Assembly: GCA_963666425.2 (NCBI GenBank)
Contig: OY762825.2
Coordinates: 2,624,001 to 2,688,000 of the forward strand
Length of the DNA: 64,000 nucleotides
Direction: 5' to 3'
DNA from: Bacillota bacterium
GTDB taxonomy: Bacteria; Bacillota; JAAYKD01
The translations under genes were made by a program, and so were the position numbers. Shown here piece after piece: positions 47,390 through 57,940 of the stretch (position 1 is the stretch's first letter; each line of letters opens with the position of its first letter). The notes beneath the pieces were generated by a model, which did not search any database, was not told the DNA's origin, and saw nothing but the letters and a program-made list of their open reading frames with translations.

Positions 47390-47899
47390 ATCAATAATAA
47401 GGGACACCAGATTAACGAGGACATTAAAGCCAGAGAAGTTCGTGTCATTGATGAAAACGGCGAACAATTAGGGATTTTAAGCATCAGAGACGCGATCCGC
47501 TTGGCACAAGAGCGTAGTTTAGACCTCGTTCGTGTGGCCGCAGCGGCCGTTCCGCCGGTATGTCGCATTATGGATTACGGCAAATTCAGGTATGAACAGA
47601 GCAAACAGGACCGGGAAGCCAAGAAAAAGCAAAAAGTGATCAGCATTAAAGAGGTTCGGGTGACCCCGACCATCGAAGATCACGATTTGGAAGTCAAGGT
47701 GAAAGCCTGTGTACGTTTTCTGTCAGACGGTGATAAAGTGAAAGCAACGGTTCGTTTTCGTGGCCGTGAAATCGCTCATGCCGGTTTGGGGAAGATTGCC
47801 TTGGATAAACTGGCTGAAGGCGTCGCCGAAGTGGGTGTGATTGAGAAACCAGCCCGCATGGAAGGCCGCAATATGATTATGATTATCGCACCGAAATAG
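47390..47899 (+). CDS. infC: translation initiation factor IF-3 (non-canonical ATC start)
   Basis: AGGAGGTG RBS at 47376-47383, in-frame TGA at 47384, then ATC AAT AAT AAG...INEDIKAREVRVI; PPVCRIMDYGKF, RFRGRE. Confidence 0.93.
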   Translation: MNNKGHQINEDIKAREVRVIDENGEQLGILSIRDAIRLAQERSLDLVRVAAAAVPPVCRIMDYGKFRYEQSKQDREAKKKQKVISIKEVRVTPTIEDHDLEVKVKACVRFLSDGDKVKATVRFRGREIAHAGLGKIALDKLAEGVAEVGVIEKPARMEGRNMIMIIAPK

Positions 47900-47932
47900 G
47901 AAAGTTCTTTATTAAGGAAGGAGTTTTTTATT

Positions 47933-48130
47933 ATGCCTAAGATTAAGACGCATAGAGGAGCTGCGAAGCGCCTCCGTAAAACCGGTACCGGTTTAGTGAC
48001 CCGTAAACATGCTTATCACCGCCATAAAGCGTTGTGCAAGTCTGCCAAACAAAAACGCCAATTGCGTTTTTCAACCGTGGTCGATCAAACCGATCAACGC
48101 AGAATGAGCCGTTTGATTCCTTATCTTTAA
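47933..48130 (+). CDS. rpmI: 50S ribosomal protein L35
   Basis: [13 protein letters not shown]. Confidence 0.97.
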   Translation: MPKIKTHRGAAKRLRKTGTGLVTRKHAYHRHKALCKSAKQKRQLRFSTVVDQTDQRRMSRLIPYL

Positions 48131-48164
48131 AGAGATAAGTATGTTATAAGGAGGAAGAACAACA

Positions 48165-48521
48165 ATGAGAATTAAAGGCGGAATGATTTCCCATCGCAAA
48201 CATGGGAAGATCTTAAAGTTAGCCCGTGGCTACAGAGGTTCTAAAAGCAAGCAATTCAGAGTAGCAAACCAAGCCGTCATGAAAGCAGGCTTCTATGCCC
48301 GTCGTGACCGTCGTGTGCGTAAGCGCGATTTCCGTAAATTATGGATCGCCCGTATCAATGCTGCTGCCCGGATGAATGGCCTTTCTTACAGCCGCATGAT
48401 CAATGGCCTGAAAAAAGCCAATGTAGAAGTAAACCGCAAAATGCTGGCTGATTTAGCAATCAGTGATATGAACGGTTTTGTGCAGTTCGTGGAAGTAGCC
48501 AAAGCTGAATTAGCAAAATAG
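48165..48521 (+). CDS. rplT: 50S ribosomal protein L20
   Basis: [32 protein letters not shown]. Confidence 0.98.
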   Translation: MRIKGGMISHRKHGKILKLARGYRGSKSKQFRVANQAVMKAGFYARRDRRVRKRDFRKLWIARINAAARMNGLSYSRMINGLKKANVEVNRKMLADLAISDMNGFVQFVEVAKAELAK

Positions 48522-48527
48522 TCAATC

Positions 48528-48575
48528 AACCGCGTTTATGTTGAACAATTGTTTGACGGACCGCGGTTTTTTTCT
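48528..48575 (+). terminator. terminator after rplT
   Basis: AACCGCG...CGCGGTTTTTTT. Confidence 0.6.
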
Positions 48576-48593
48576 CAGAAAGGTGGCTTTCGC

Positions 48594-49388
48594 ATGCAGG
48601 AACTCCTATCCATGCAGAATCCTCTGATCCAGGAAATGCGCAAACTGCGGCAAAAAAAAGCACGACTGCAAAGCAATCTTTTCTTATGCGAAGGTATCCG
48701 CAGCCTGGAGGCAGCTTATTCTGCCGCGGCACAGTTTGATAGTCTGTTTGTCACGGCGGCTGCGCTGGAGAAAACACGCATGGCTGATTTCTGCCTGAAG
48801 CTTAGCGGCGCGGGTATTCCTGTCTATCAGGTCAGTCAGCGCATCATCGAAGCGCTGAGCCAGACCGAAACCAGCCAGGGAATTGTGGCTGCCATCAGAC
48901 CTGCCAGGCATGATTTGCAGGAGCTGCAAGCGACGATGCGGATTCTGCTGCTCGATCGCGTGCAGGATCCCGGTAATGCCGGTACGGCTTTGCGCAGCGC
49001 GGCGGCTTTTGGCTTTGCTGCCGTCATCTTCCTGCCCGGCAGTGTGGATCCTTGGAGTGATAAAGTCATCCGATCTTCCGCAGGTTCACTCTTCCAGCTC
49101 ATGGTGCTGGAAGCCGAGAGCGAAGCAGCAGTCATTCACCGATTGCAGGAACTGCACTTGCCCTTGGCTGCAACGACCCTGACCGATGCCGAAGAATTGG
49201 CTGATCAACCTTGGCTGCAGCAGCCGCTCGCGCTGGCTGTTGGCAATGAAGGCCAGGGGATTTCCGATTCGCTTTTACAGGCTGCCGATTATCGGCTGAC
49301 CATTCCGATGATCGGGCCGACGGAATCGCTGAATGTTGCGGTGGCAACCGGAATTCTTCTCTTCAAAATGATGCCAAATCGGTGCTAA
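48594..49388 (+). CDS. TrmH/SpoU family RNA 2'-O-methyltransferase
   Basis: QDPGNAGT, VGNEGQG, ESLNVAVA SPOUT motifs. Confidence 0.9.
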   Translation: MQELLSMQNPLIQEMRKLRQKKARLQSNLFLCEGIRSLEAAYSAAAQFDSLFVTAAALEKTRMADFCLKLSGAGIPVYQVSQRIIEALSQTETSQGIVAAIRPARHDLQELQATMRILLLDRVQDPGNAGTALRSAAAFGFAAVIFLPGSVDPWSDKVIRSSAGSLFQLMVLEAESEAAVIHRLQELHLPLAATTLTDAEELADQPWLQQPLALAVGNEGQGISDSLLQAADYRLTIPMIGPTESLNVAVATGILLFKMMPNRC

Positions 49389-49438
49389 ACCACTTGCAAT
49401 TGCAGCGGTTTTATGCTATTTTAATCAGTATAAGCGAA

Positions 49439-49722
49439 AAGCAAAGATCAAAGAGAGTAGCTTTTGTCAACACGCTACAGGGAGCGGCGGTCATGGATTG
49501 AGAACCGTCGGCGCAGTGCAAAAGGGAAGTTCACTTTGGGAGCTGCTGCGTTGAACAAAGAGTTTTTTAAAAAGCTCAGGAGTAGATGCAGTCGGTTGTA
49601 CCGTTATCACAAACTATGAGGCTATCCGGCCGATCACTTTGCAGGCAAAATGTTCAGCGGATGGATTCAAGGGTGGTACCGCGAAGAGATTTCGCCCCTT
49701 TTGGGGTGGAGGTCTCTTTTTT
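49439..49722 (+). ncRNA. T-box riboswitch (Phe)
   Basis: AGAGTA, specifier GAAG-TTC at 49530-49532, CCGTTA, T-box AAGGGTGGTACCGCG at 49669-49683, terminator with T tract; TTGCAA-N17-TATTTT promoter upstream. Confidence 0.92.
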
Positions 49723-49748
49723 ATTGGAAATTGAAGGAGGAGAAAGCC

Positions 49749-50777
49749 ATGTTAAAGAGCCTGATGGAATTGCGTGAGGAAGCGCTGGAGCAATTAAAGC
49801 AACTGCAGAATTCTCAGGAGTTGAATGATTTTAAAGTAGCTTACTTGGGAAAGAAAGGCAAACTCACCGCGATTTTGCGGCAAATGGGGAAACTGCCGGA
49901 AGAAGACAGACCGAAATTCGGGCAGATCGCCAATGAAATACGGCAAAGCTTAGAAGAAAACTTAGCAGCGATGTTGGAAACATTAAGCCAAAAAGAACAA
50001 ACGGTCAAGCTGGAGTCAGAGCGAATTGATATCACTCTGCCCGGTTATCCTTTTAACGCCGGCAGCATGCATCCCATCACCCTGATCTTAAACGAAATTA
50101 AGACGATTTTCATCGGTCTTGGTTTTACGATTGCCGAAGGACCGGAGATCGAAACGGATTATTATGATTTCCAAGCCTTGAATATCCCACTCGATCATCC
50201 TGCCCGCGAAATGCAGGATACCTTTTATATTACCGAAGATCTGCTGCTGCGCACACAAACTTCGCCGATGCAGGCACGTACCATGGAAGCCATGGCGCCG
50301 AATCTGCCGATCAAGATCATCGTTCCCGGCAAAGTCTATCGCCGTGATGAGGACGCCACGCATACGCCGATGTTCCATCAGGTAGAAGGCCTTTATGTGG
50401 ATAAAAATGTCTCTCTTGCTACACTGAAAGGTATTTTACTGTCCTTTGCTCGCCAAATGTTTGGGCCGGAGCGCGAAATTCGTTTGCGCCCCAGCTTTTT
50501 CCCTTTCACAGAACCCAGCGTAGAAGTGGATATTTCCTGTTTTAACTGCGGCGGCAAAGGCTGTCATCTCTGCAAGCAATCCGGTTGGATCGAGATCCTG
50601 GGCGCCGGTTTGGTACACCCCAACGTGCTGCGGATGAATGGCTACGATCCGGAAGCAGTCAGCGGACTCGCTTTCGGTATGGGTGTAGAACGAATCGCGA
50701 TGCTGAAGTTCGGCATCGACGACATGCGCCAGATGTATCAAAATGATCTGCGTTTTTTGACTCAATTCCGCGTTTAG
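49749..50777 (+). CDS. pheS: phenylalanine--tRNA ligase alpha subunit
   Basis: [38 protein letters not shown]. Confidence 0.97.
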   Translation: MLKSLMELREEALEQLKQLQNSQELNDFKVAYLGKKGKLTAILRQMGKLPEEDRPKFGQIANEIRQSLEENLAAMLETLSQKEQTVKLESERIDITLPGYPFNAGSMHPITLILNEIKTIFIGLGFTIAEGPEIETDYYDFQALNIPLDHPAREMQDTFYITEDLLLRTQTSPMQARTMEAMAPNLPIKIIVPGKVYRRDEDATHTPMFHQVEGLYVDKNVSLATLKGILLSFARQMFGPEREIRLRPSFFPFTEPSVEVDISCFNCGGKGCHLCKQSGWIEILGAGLVHPNVLRMNGYDPEAVSGLAFGMGVERIAMLKFGIDDMRQMYQNDLRFLTQFRV

Positions 50778-50791
50778 GGGAGGCAAGTAAA

Positions 50792-52861
50792 ATGAAAGTA
50801 TTATACAGTTGGTTACAGGAACTGATTCCCGGTTTGCAGACAGCACCACAGGAAATAGCGGAACGTCTGGTCACGGCCGGCATTGAAATTGCTGCGGTAG
50901 ACTGTCTGCCGGACGGCGATGCGATCCTGGATTTCGATCTGACACCCAATCGCTCCGATTGTTTGAGCATGTGGGGAGCAGCCTTCGAGGTTGCCGCTGT
51001 GCTTGGCATGGAAGCGGTGATTCCGCAATTGCCGGAAATCAGCATTCGAGAAGACAGGCAGCTGATACAGTTGCAGAATGAAGAATTATGTCCCTGGTAC
51101 CTCGCTTTATTGCTGAACGATGTGAAAATTGGACCGTCGCCGGCTTGGCTATCAGCTCGTCTGGCAGCTTTGGGCATGCGCGGGATCAATAATATCGTGG
51201 ATATCACCAATTATGTCATGCTGGAAACCGGCCAGCCGCTGCATGCCTTTGATTACGACTGCTTAAGGGCACATCAAGTGGTCGTCCGAACCGCCAAACC
51301 CGATGAAACGATTAAAACGCTGGATGGGCAGGAACGCAGCTTAACCACTGATACCTTATTAATCTGCGACTCCGAAAAAGCGATCGGCATCGCCGGTGTA
51401 ATGGGTGGGCTGCAAAGTGAAGTGACGCCGCAAACGAAACAAATTCTCTTTGAAGCAGCCTCTTTTGAACGCCGCTTCATCCGCCGAGCCGCCAATCGTC
51501 TCAGCCTGCGCTCAGAGGCAGCCATCCGCTTTGAAAAAGGCGTCGATCCGGCCGGACTGAAGAAAGCGCTGCAGCGGGTGGTTCAGTTGGCAAAACTATT
51601 GCAGGCCGGTACGCCGGATCCGATCATTCTTTCCGGCAGCTCCTATGCGCCGGTCACGCAGCATTCCATTCTGCTGCGCCGCGCTTACTTGACTTCACGC
51701 CTGGGCATGGTCATTGAAGATCTTAGAGTCTATGATTCGCTGCGCAGATTGGGTTTTCAGGTCGAACAGCTGGCAGAAGGCTGGCAGGTGCAGGTGCCGA
51801 CTCGCCGGCAGGATATCGAACTGGAAGTAGATTTGGTGGAAGAAGTCGCGCGTCTGGTCAGTTTCGATCGTTTGCCTGCCGAATTGCCGGTTGGCATGAC
51901 CACGCAGGGTGGCTTGAGTTCCAGCCAAAAAAACGTCGATTTGCTCCATCAGGCGATGATCCAGTTCGGTATGCACGAAATGGTGAATTATTCTTTTATC
52001 AACGAACAGGATTTAATCAAAATCTATCCGGATGAGCAGCATCCCCTCAGGAATGTGATCCGCATCCTCAATCCGATGAGCGAAATGCAAGGAGTGATGC
52101 GCACCAGTTTGCTTCCCGGCATGCTGCAGGCGATTGCTTATAATCTGAATCGGCAAAATCTCAATCTGGGCTTGTATGAGCTGGGCAAGGTTTATTTAGC
52201 CAAGAGCCAACCGATGCAGGAATTGCCGCTGGAGGAAACGCATCTTGTCTCGGCGCTGGTAGGAACGCCGTTTGGTACGGCATGGATGAAACAGGAAGCG
52301 GAGGCGAATTTCTACCATCTGAAAGGCATGCTGGAGCAATTAGCCCATACGCTGCATGTGCCGCTGCTTTTTGAAACAGTTCAGGAGCCGGAGCTTTTTC
52401 ACCCTTTCCGCAGCGCTTCGGTGCGTCTGCACGGAAAAATCATCGGCAGTTTCGGTGTTTTGCATCCCGATTTGCTCAAACGCTTTGATATCCAAAAAGA
52501 AGTCATCCTGGCCGATCTCAATGCGGATGCACTCCTGCAATTTGCAGAACCGCGCATTGTCTATCAATCGCTCTCCCGCTATCAGGCGGTCAACCGTGAT
52601 CTGGCTTTGTTGGTACCGGTCGAGGTTTCCGCTGCCGATGTGCAGAAACTAATCGAGGATAACGGCGGTGACATTCTGGAAACCGTGGCTTTGTTTGATG
52701 TTTATACCGGTTCACAGGTCAAACCCGGCTTTAAGAGCTTGGCTTTTGCCCTGACTTACCGGGCAAAGGATCATAGTTTGACCGAACCGGAAGTGCTGGA
52801 ACGGCATCAGGCAATTTTGAATGAGGCGGCTCGCCGCTTTGCTTCTTCCTTACGGATGTAG
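50792..52861 (+). CDS. pheT: phenylalanine--tRNA ligase beta subunit (short form, no B2 domain)
   Basis: TPNRSDCLS, VDITNYVMLETGQPLHAFD, RFEKG, DLVEEVAR, FDX-ACB C-terminus. Confidence 0.95.
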   Translation: MKVLYSWLQELIPGLQTAPQEIAERLVTAGIEIAAVDCLPDGDAILDFDLTPNRSDCLSMWGAAFEVAAVLGMEAVIPQLPEISIREDRQLIQLQNEELCPWYLALLLNDVKIGPSPAWLSARLAALGMRGINNIVDITNYVMLETGQPLHAFDYDCLRAHQVVVRTAKPDETIKTLDGQERSLTTDTLLICDSEKAIGIAGVMGGLQSEVTPQTKQILFEAASFERRFIRRAANRLSLRSEAAIRFEKGVDPAGLKKALQRVVQLAKLLQAGTPDPIILSGSSYAPVTQHSILLRRAYLTSRLGMVIEDLRVYDSLRRLGFQVEQLAEGWQVQVPTRRQDIELEVDLVEEVARLVSFDRLPAELPVGMTTQGGLSSSQKNVDLLHQAMIQFGMHEMVNYSFINEQDLIKIYPDEQHPLRNVIRILNPMSEMQGVMRTSLLPGMLQAIAYNLNRQNLNLGLYELGKVYLAKSQPMQELPLEETHLVSALVGTPFGTAWMKQEAEANFYHLKGMLEQLAHTLHVPLLFETVQEPELFHPFRSASVRLHGKIIGSFGVLHPDLLKRFDIQKEVILADLNADALLQFAEPRIVYQSLSRYQAVNRDLALLVPVEVSAADVQKLIEDNGGDILETVALFDVYTGSQVKPGFKSLAFALTYRAKDHSLTEPEVLERHQAILNEAARRFASSLRM

Positions 52862-52869
52862 GCGATCCG

Positions 52870-55341
52870 ATGAAACGTGTGGAATTATTGGCTCCGGCCG
52901 GCAGTTTGGCGGCCTTGCAGGTTGCTGTTGCCGCCGGCGCGGACGCTGTCTATCTGGGCGGCAAACAATTCAGCGCGCGCGCCTATGCTTCCAATTTTGA
53001 TGAAAAAGAATTGGAGAAGGCGCTTCGTTTGGCGCATCATCACGGTGTTCGGCTCTATATGACCCTGAATACGCTGCTGCGGCAGGATGAATTGGCTGCA
53101 GCTCTGCATTATGCCGAGCAGGTCTATTCGCAGGGGATCGATGCGCTGATCATTCAGGATCTCGGACTGGCCGCTTTGGTGCACCATCAGCTGCCGGATC
53201 TTGCCATACATGCCAGCACCCAGATGACCATCCATAATCAAAGCGGGATTGCCAGAGCTGCCGCCAACGGCTTCAGCCGTGTGATCCTGGCCAGAGAGCT
53301 GGAGATCGGCGAAATCAGACGGCTGCAGCAGGAGAGTCCGGTTGGCCTGGAAGTCTTTACTCACGGTGCTCTCTGTTTTGCTTACTCCGGTCAATGCTAT
53401 ATGAGCAGTTTTTTGGGCGGACGCAGCGGTAACCGCGGCCGTTGTGCTCAACCCTGTCGTCTTGCCTACAGCAGCGAAGGCCTAACCTCTTACCCGCTCT
53501 CGACCAAAGATTTATGCTTACTGGATCGGCTGAAACCATTGGTGGACGCCGGCATTGTATCCATTAAATTGGAAGGTCGGATGAAACGCCCGGCTTACGT
53601 GGCGACGGTGGTGGAACAGTATCGCCGCGCGTTGGATCAGATCTATGAGCAGAATGCGGTTGCAACGGATCCTGAAGGGCAAGAGGAGCTGTTGCTGGCT
53701 TTTAATCGAGGGTTCAGTCATGGCTTTACTTACGAAGCTCCAAACCCTCAGTTGATCAACCAGGATTATCCGGCCAACCGGGGTTTGGAATTGGCGCGCT
53801 GGAGTGCAAAACAATTAGCCGGAGGACAGCCGGAAATGTGGCGCTGTCAGCGGCCGTTGGCAAGCGGGGATAAATTCCTGCTGCGCTGTGGGGATCAACA
53901 GCAGACGTTTGAAAGCAACCACCGCTATGCTGTCGCAGAGGCGCTGCCTTTGCCGCGGCTGGCTGTCCTGCCGGCTGGGCAGCCCTTGATTTTAGCGATG
54001 ATTGATGCGGCTGCTCTGCAGGCAAAGGCGGAAGCTTATTTGCTGCAGCTGGAGCAGCCAGACCGTCTCAGACCGATGGAAGTGGAGCTGCATTTCTCTA
54101 TCTGCTCAGATCAGCCGGTCAGAGTAACGATTGATTGTGCCGGCAAACAATTAGAGCACACGTTTGCTGAGTGGCTGCCACAACCGGCAGAGAAGAATGG
54201 CCTGGGTGTAGAAAAAATCCAGGAAGCCATGACAAAACTGAACGACACGGTCTATGTCTTAAAAAGCTGTACAGCAGAGCTGGCGGCTGATCTTTGGCTG
54301 CCCACCAGCGCCCTGAATGCGATGCGGCGTCAGATAGTTGATTTGTTATGGTATGGTCAGGTGCGAAGAGAGACTGCGGCTGCACTGCCCGATCTATCCC
54401 AAAAGGACTTGCCGCAGCCAATGCCAGCGGAGCACCCGCTGCAGCTGCGCTTGCAGGTCGCCACTGCGGCACAGGCGCAGGCATTAGTTGCCTGCCACCC
54501 CGACGCGATCACCTTGGGCGGTGACAGCTTTTTTGGCAGTTTGACGGTGCTGCAGCTGCAGCAAACGGCAGAACGCTGCCGCCAGGCAGGAATTGCTCTG
54601 GAGTTTGCACTGCCGTGTATTCTGCACGAAGAGGAATGGTCGTATTGGCTGCCTTTGCTGAAACAGGCGCTCACGCTGGAATTACCGATCCAGATTGGTC
54701 AAAACGCAGAGGCCGATGTGATCAGAAAGATCAAAGCCACTGCCGTTGTCAGCGGTGATTGGCCGCTGCAGCTGATGAACTCAAGTGCGGTAGAACTATT
54801 GCTGCAGCAGGCTGCCTGTCAGGAATTAACCGTCTATCCGGAATTATCTTTACAGCAGGCAGGTGAATTATGCAGTCAATTCCCTCAGGTGAATTGGCGC
54901 TATCTTGTGGGCGGACGCCAGAATTTGATGACCAGCAAACACTGCCTGACCCTGAACCGCCATGGCAGCTGCCTAGGCTGTTACAAGGGCAGTGTGGAAC
55001 AGCCGCCGTCCGTTTGGCAACTGACGGATAAAACAGGCAAATCGTTTCCGGTTTATCAAAGCAATTTTTGCCGGACGCATCTGCTCAACAGTGACGAATT
55101 GTGTCTGACCGAGCATTATTATCAACTGGAGAAAACGGGCTTTCATCAGCTTGTCGTCGATCTGCGTCATCTGACGGGGATTCTTCTGCAGGAAGCAGGG
55201 GAGATTTGGTGCCGCTCTGTGCGGGATTATCATCAGGATAACCGCAATTGGAAAGAACAAGGGAAAAATTACCGTAATCAATTAGCAACATTGTTACAAT
55301 GTAGTATCACAAAAGGACATAGCTTCCGCGGTGTGGAATAA
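52870..55341 (+). CDS. U32-family Fe-S protein (RlhA-like RNA hydroxylase) with DUF3656
   Basis: ELLAPAG, GADAVYLG, HASTQ, HGALCFAYSGQC...NRGRCAQPCR, KLEGRMK; degenerate second U32-like half; TKGHSFRGV end. Confidence 0.85.
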   Translation: MKRVELLAPAGSLAALQVAVAAGADAVYLGGKQFSARAYASNFDEKELEKALRLAHHHGVRLYMTLNTLLRQDELAAALHYAEQVYSQGIDALIIQDLGLAALVHHQLPDLAIHASTQMTIHNQSGIARAAANGFSRVILARELEIGEIRRLQQESPVGLEVFTHGALCFAYSGQCYMSSFLGGRSGNRGRCAQPCRLAYSSEGLTSYPLSTKDLCLLDRLKPLVDAGIVSIKLEGRMKRPAYVATVVEQYRRALDQIYEQNAVATDPEGQEELLLAFNRGFSHGFTYEAPNPQLINQDYPANRGLELARWSAKQLAGGQPEMWRCQRPLASGDKFLLRCGDQQQTFESNHRYAVAEALPLPRLAVLPAGQPLILAMIDAAALQAKAEAYLLQLEQPDRLRPMEVELHFSICSDQPVRVTIDCAGKQLEHTFAEWLPQPAEKNGLGVEKIQEAMTKLNDTVYVLKSCTAELAADLWLPTSALNAMRRQIVDLLWYGQVRRETAAALPDLSQKDLPQPMPAEHPLQLRLQVATAAQAQALVACHPDAITLGGDSFFGSLTVLQLQQTAERCRQAGIALEFALPCILHEEEWSYWLPLLKQALTLELPIQIGQNAEADVIRKIKATAVVSGDWPLQLMNSSAVELLLQQAACQELTVYPELSLQQAGELCSQFPQVNWRYLVGGRQNLMTSKHCLTLNRHGSCLGCYKGSVEQPPSVWQLTDKTGKSFPVYQSNFCRTHLLNSDELCLTEHYYQLEKTGFHQLVVDLRHLTGILLQEAGEIWCRSVRDYHQDNRNWKEQGKNYRNQLATLLQCSITKGHSFRGVE

Positions 55342-55363
55342 TTAGGACAGAAGGAGGGGTGAC

Positions 55364-57733
55364 ATGCAAGCAAAATCACTCATTACCCTGGAATTTCCGA
55401 AAATACAGCAGATGCTGATCGACTATACCTCCTCGGGCATGGGGAGATCAAAAGCAGAAGAAATGCAGCCGTCTGCCGATTACGAAACGGTTTTCCGCCG
55501 CCAGAAAGAAACAGCCGAAGCGTGCCATCTGCTGGAGTCCGGCGGCAATCCGCTGGGCGGTCTGCATGATATTCGAGCCTCCATAAAACGAGCCGAATTG
55601 GGCGGCGTTCTGGAAGCGGAAGAATTGATCAACATCGCTTCCACGTTAGGCGCAGCCAGAAGAGTCCGGCGCATGCTGCAGGAAACGGCAGCGCAATATC
55701 CCTTTTTAGCGGAAGCAGCCATCCACTTAAGCAATCATAAAAAATTGGAAGATGAAATTCTGGCCGTGATCAATGAAAAAGGCGAAGTCTCTGACAATGC
55801 CAGCCCGGAACTGCGGCGTCTGCGCATCGGCATTCGTCGTGAACAAGCGAATATGAAAGCGAAATTAGAGTCGATGATCCGTAACCCGAATTTGCAGAAG
55901 TACCTGCAGGATGCGCTGGTGACTATGCGCAACGATCGTTATGTCATCCCGGTCAAGCAGGAAAACCGCAATGCGGTACCCGGCATTGTACATGATTCTT
56001 CCAACAGCGGCGCAACCTTATTCATTGAACCGATGGCCATCGTTGATATGAATAATGAACTGCGCGAATTGATGATGAAGGAGCGCGACGAAGTCCTGCG
56101 CATCCTCTCCGAACTCTCCGCTAAAATCGGGGATGATTATGTCTTTATTCAGCATTCTGTCAGTGCGCTGGCGCAATTTGATTTTATCTTTGCCCGTGCC
56201 AGGCTAGCCTTTGCCATGCATGCCAGTGAACCGGAAATTTCCACTGATCATTCCCTCGTGTTTTGGCAGGCGCGTCATCCCCTTTTAAAAGGGAAGGTCG
56301 TTCCCATCGACATTCGTCTGGGGGATCGTTTTACAGAATTATTGATCACCGGTCCCAATACGGGCGGCAAAACAGTGACGCTGAAAACGGTGGGCTTATT
56401 AAATCTGATGGGTCAGTGCGGCTTACAAATACCGGCGCAAGCCGGCAGCCGGATCGGCTTGTTTGACCAGATTTTCGCGGATATCGGCGATGAACAAAGT
56501 ATCGAGCAAAGTCTCTCTACCTTCTCGTCGCATATGACCAATATCGTGCATATCATGGAACAGGCGACAGAGCATACCTTGGCTTTGTTTGATGAATTAG
56601 GCGCCGGCACCGATCCGACCGAAGGGGCGGCATTAGCCATGTCCATTTTGGAAAACCTTTTGCTGAGAAAAACCAGAGTGATCGCCACGACGCATTACAG
56701 TGAATTGAAAATTTTCGCCTACCATCATGACGGAGTAGAAAATGCCAGCGTCGAATTTGATATCGAGACGCTGCGCCCCACCTATCGTCTGATGATTGGC
56801 GTGCCAGGCCGCAGCAATGCGTTTGAAGTCTCACAGCGTTTGGGTTTGAGCAAGGAGATTATCGATTATGCCCGCAGTCTGGTCGGCTCCGATCAGCTTA
56901 AGGTGGAAGATATGCTTTCCACCCTGGAAGATAATATGCGGCAAGCAAAACAGGATCGGGAAGAAGCCAATCTGCTGCGCAATGAATTGGAACAAAAGAA
57001 AAAAGAGATTGCCAATGAAAAGGAAGAAGCCAATAAACGGGTGCGGGAGCGCGTCCAGCGGGCACAGTCGGAAGCAGCCGGTGTCGTGAAAGCAGCCCGA
57101 CTGGAAGCGGAAGAACTCCTGGCAAACTTACGCAGTTTGAGGCAGGATGTTTCTGAGCGCGAATTGACCGATGCAGCACAGCGATCACGCAAAACGCTGC
57201 GCCGCATGGCGGGCAGCATGGCAGCTTTAGATGAAAATGTTGACGATATCAGCGTCGGCAAACGAGTGACCGATGTAGAGATCGGAGACAAAGTAGTTTG
57301 GACCAAGTATAATATTGAGGCGGAAGTCATCGGCGAAATGGCCGTCAACGGTGATGTGGCGATCCAGGCCGGAGCCATGAAACTGACGGTTCCGATCACG
57401 CAGCTGAACACAGCCAAAAAGAAAAAAACCAAAGCTGCTGCCGCCATCAGCCTGTCCGGCAGTGAGACGATGATCAATAAATCGGACTCTCTGAAAACGC
57501 AGCTCGATCTGCGCGGTCAGACGTTGGATGAAGCGATCCTCAATGTGGATAAATTCCTGGATGACGCTTATTTGGGACAGCTGAGCAAAGTTTGGATCAT
57601 CCATGGCAAAGGCACCGGCGTTTTACGCAGCGGCGTCAGAGAATTTCTGCATCAGCACCCCCGCATCAAGAGTTATGCCTTTGCACCGTTCCATGAAGGC
57701 GGCGATGGGGTGACGGTAGCGGAATTGAAATGA
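55364..57733 (+). CDS. mutS2: MutS2 ATPase/endonuclease
   Basis: ITGPNTGGKT, DIGDEQSIEQSLSTFS, DELGAGTDP, coiled coil, Smr domain LDLRG...IIHGKGTG. Confidence 0.96.
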   Translation: MQAKSLITLEFPKIQQMLIDYTSSGMGRSKAEEMQPSADYETVFRRQKETAEACHLLESGGNPLGGLHDIRASIKRAELGGVLEAEELINIASTLGAARRVRRMLQETAAQYPFLAEAAIHLSNHKKLEDEILAVINEKGEVSDNASPELRRLRIGIRREQANMKAKLESMIRNPNLQKYLQDALVTMRNDRYVIPVKQENRNAVPGIVHDSSNSGATLFIEPMAIVDMNNELRELMMKERDEVLRILSELSAKIGDDYVFIQHSVSALAQFDFIFARARLAFAMHASEPEISTDHSLVFWQARHPLLKGKVVPIDIRLGDRFTELLITGPNTGGKTVTLKTVGLLNLMGQCGLQIPAQAGSRIGLFDQIFADIGDEQSIEQSLSTFSSHMTNIVHIMEQATEHTLALFDELGAGTDPTEGAALAMSILENLLLRKTRVIATTHYSELKIFAYHHDGVENASVEFDIETLRPTYRLMIGVPGRSNAFEVSQRLGLSKEIIDYARSLVGSDQLKVEDMLSTLEDNMRQAKQDREEANLLRNELEQKKKEIANEKEEANKRVRERVQRAQSEAAGVVKAARLEAEELLANLRSLRQDVSERELTDAAQRSRKTLRRMAGSMAALDENVDDISVGKRVTDVEIGDKVVWTKYNIEAEVIGEMAVNGDVAIQAGAMKLTVPITQLNTAKKKKTKAAAAISLSGSETMINKSDSLKTQLDLRGQTLDEAILNVDKFLDDAYLGQLSKVWIIHGKGTGVLRSGVREFLHQHPRIKSYAFAPFHEGGDGVTVAELK

Positions 57734-57760
57734 TACTGGAAAAATCCCGGAAATAGACAC

Positions 57761-57789
57761 TTTACAAAGCCTCAAAAAAATAGTATAAT
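57761..57789 (+). promoter_or_regulatory. sigma-A promoter of the DEAD helicase gene
   Basis: TTTACA-N17-TATAAT. Confidence 0.65.
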
Positions 57790-57790
57790 A

Positions 57791-57825
57791 ACAAAGCCAT
57801 ACAAGTGCGTATGGCTTTGTTTTTT
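57791..57825 (+). terminator. terminator-like hairpin after mutS2 / at the helicase 5' end
   Basis: ACAAAGCCATAC-AAGTGC-GTATGGCTTTGT plus T tract. Confidence 0.7.
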
Positions 57826-57940
57826 GCCTAAAGTATTGTCGATACAGATAAGATAGAATGTCCGTATCATACACGGTGATCCGAAATGGTCGTTGGGCGG
57901 GTTTCATGGGGCAATTTTACGACGACGGAAAGAGTTATTA

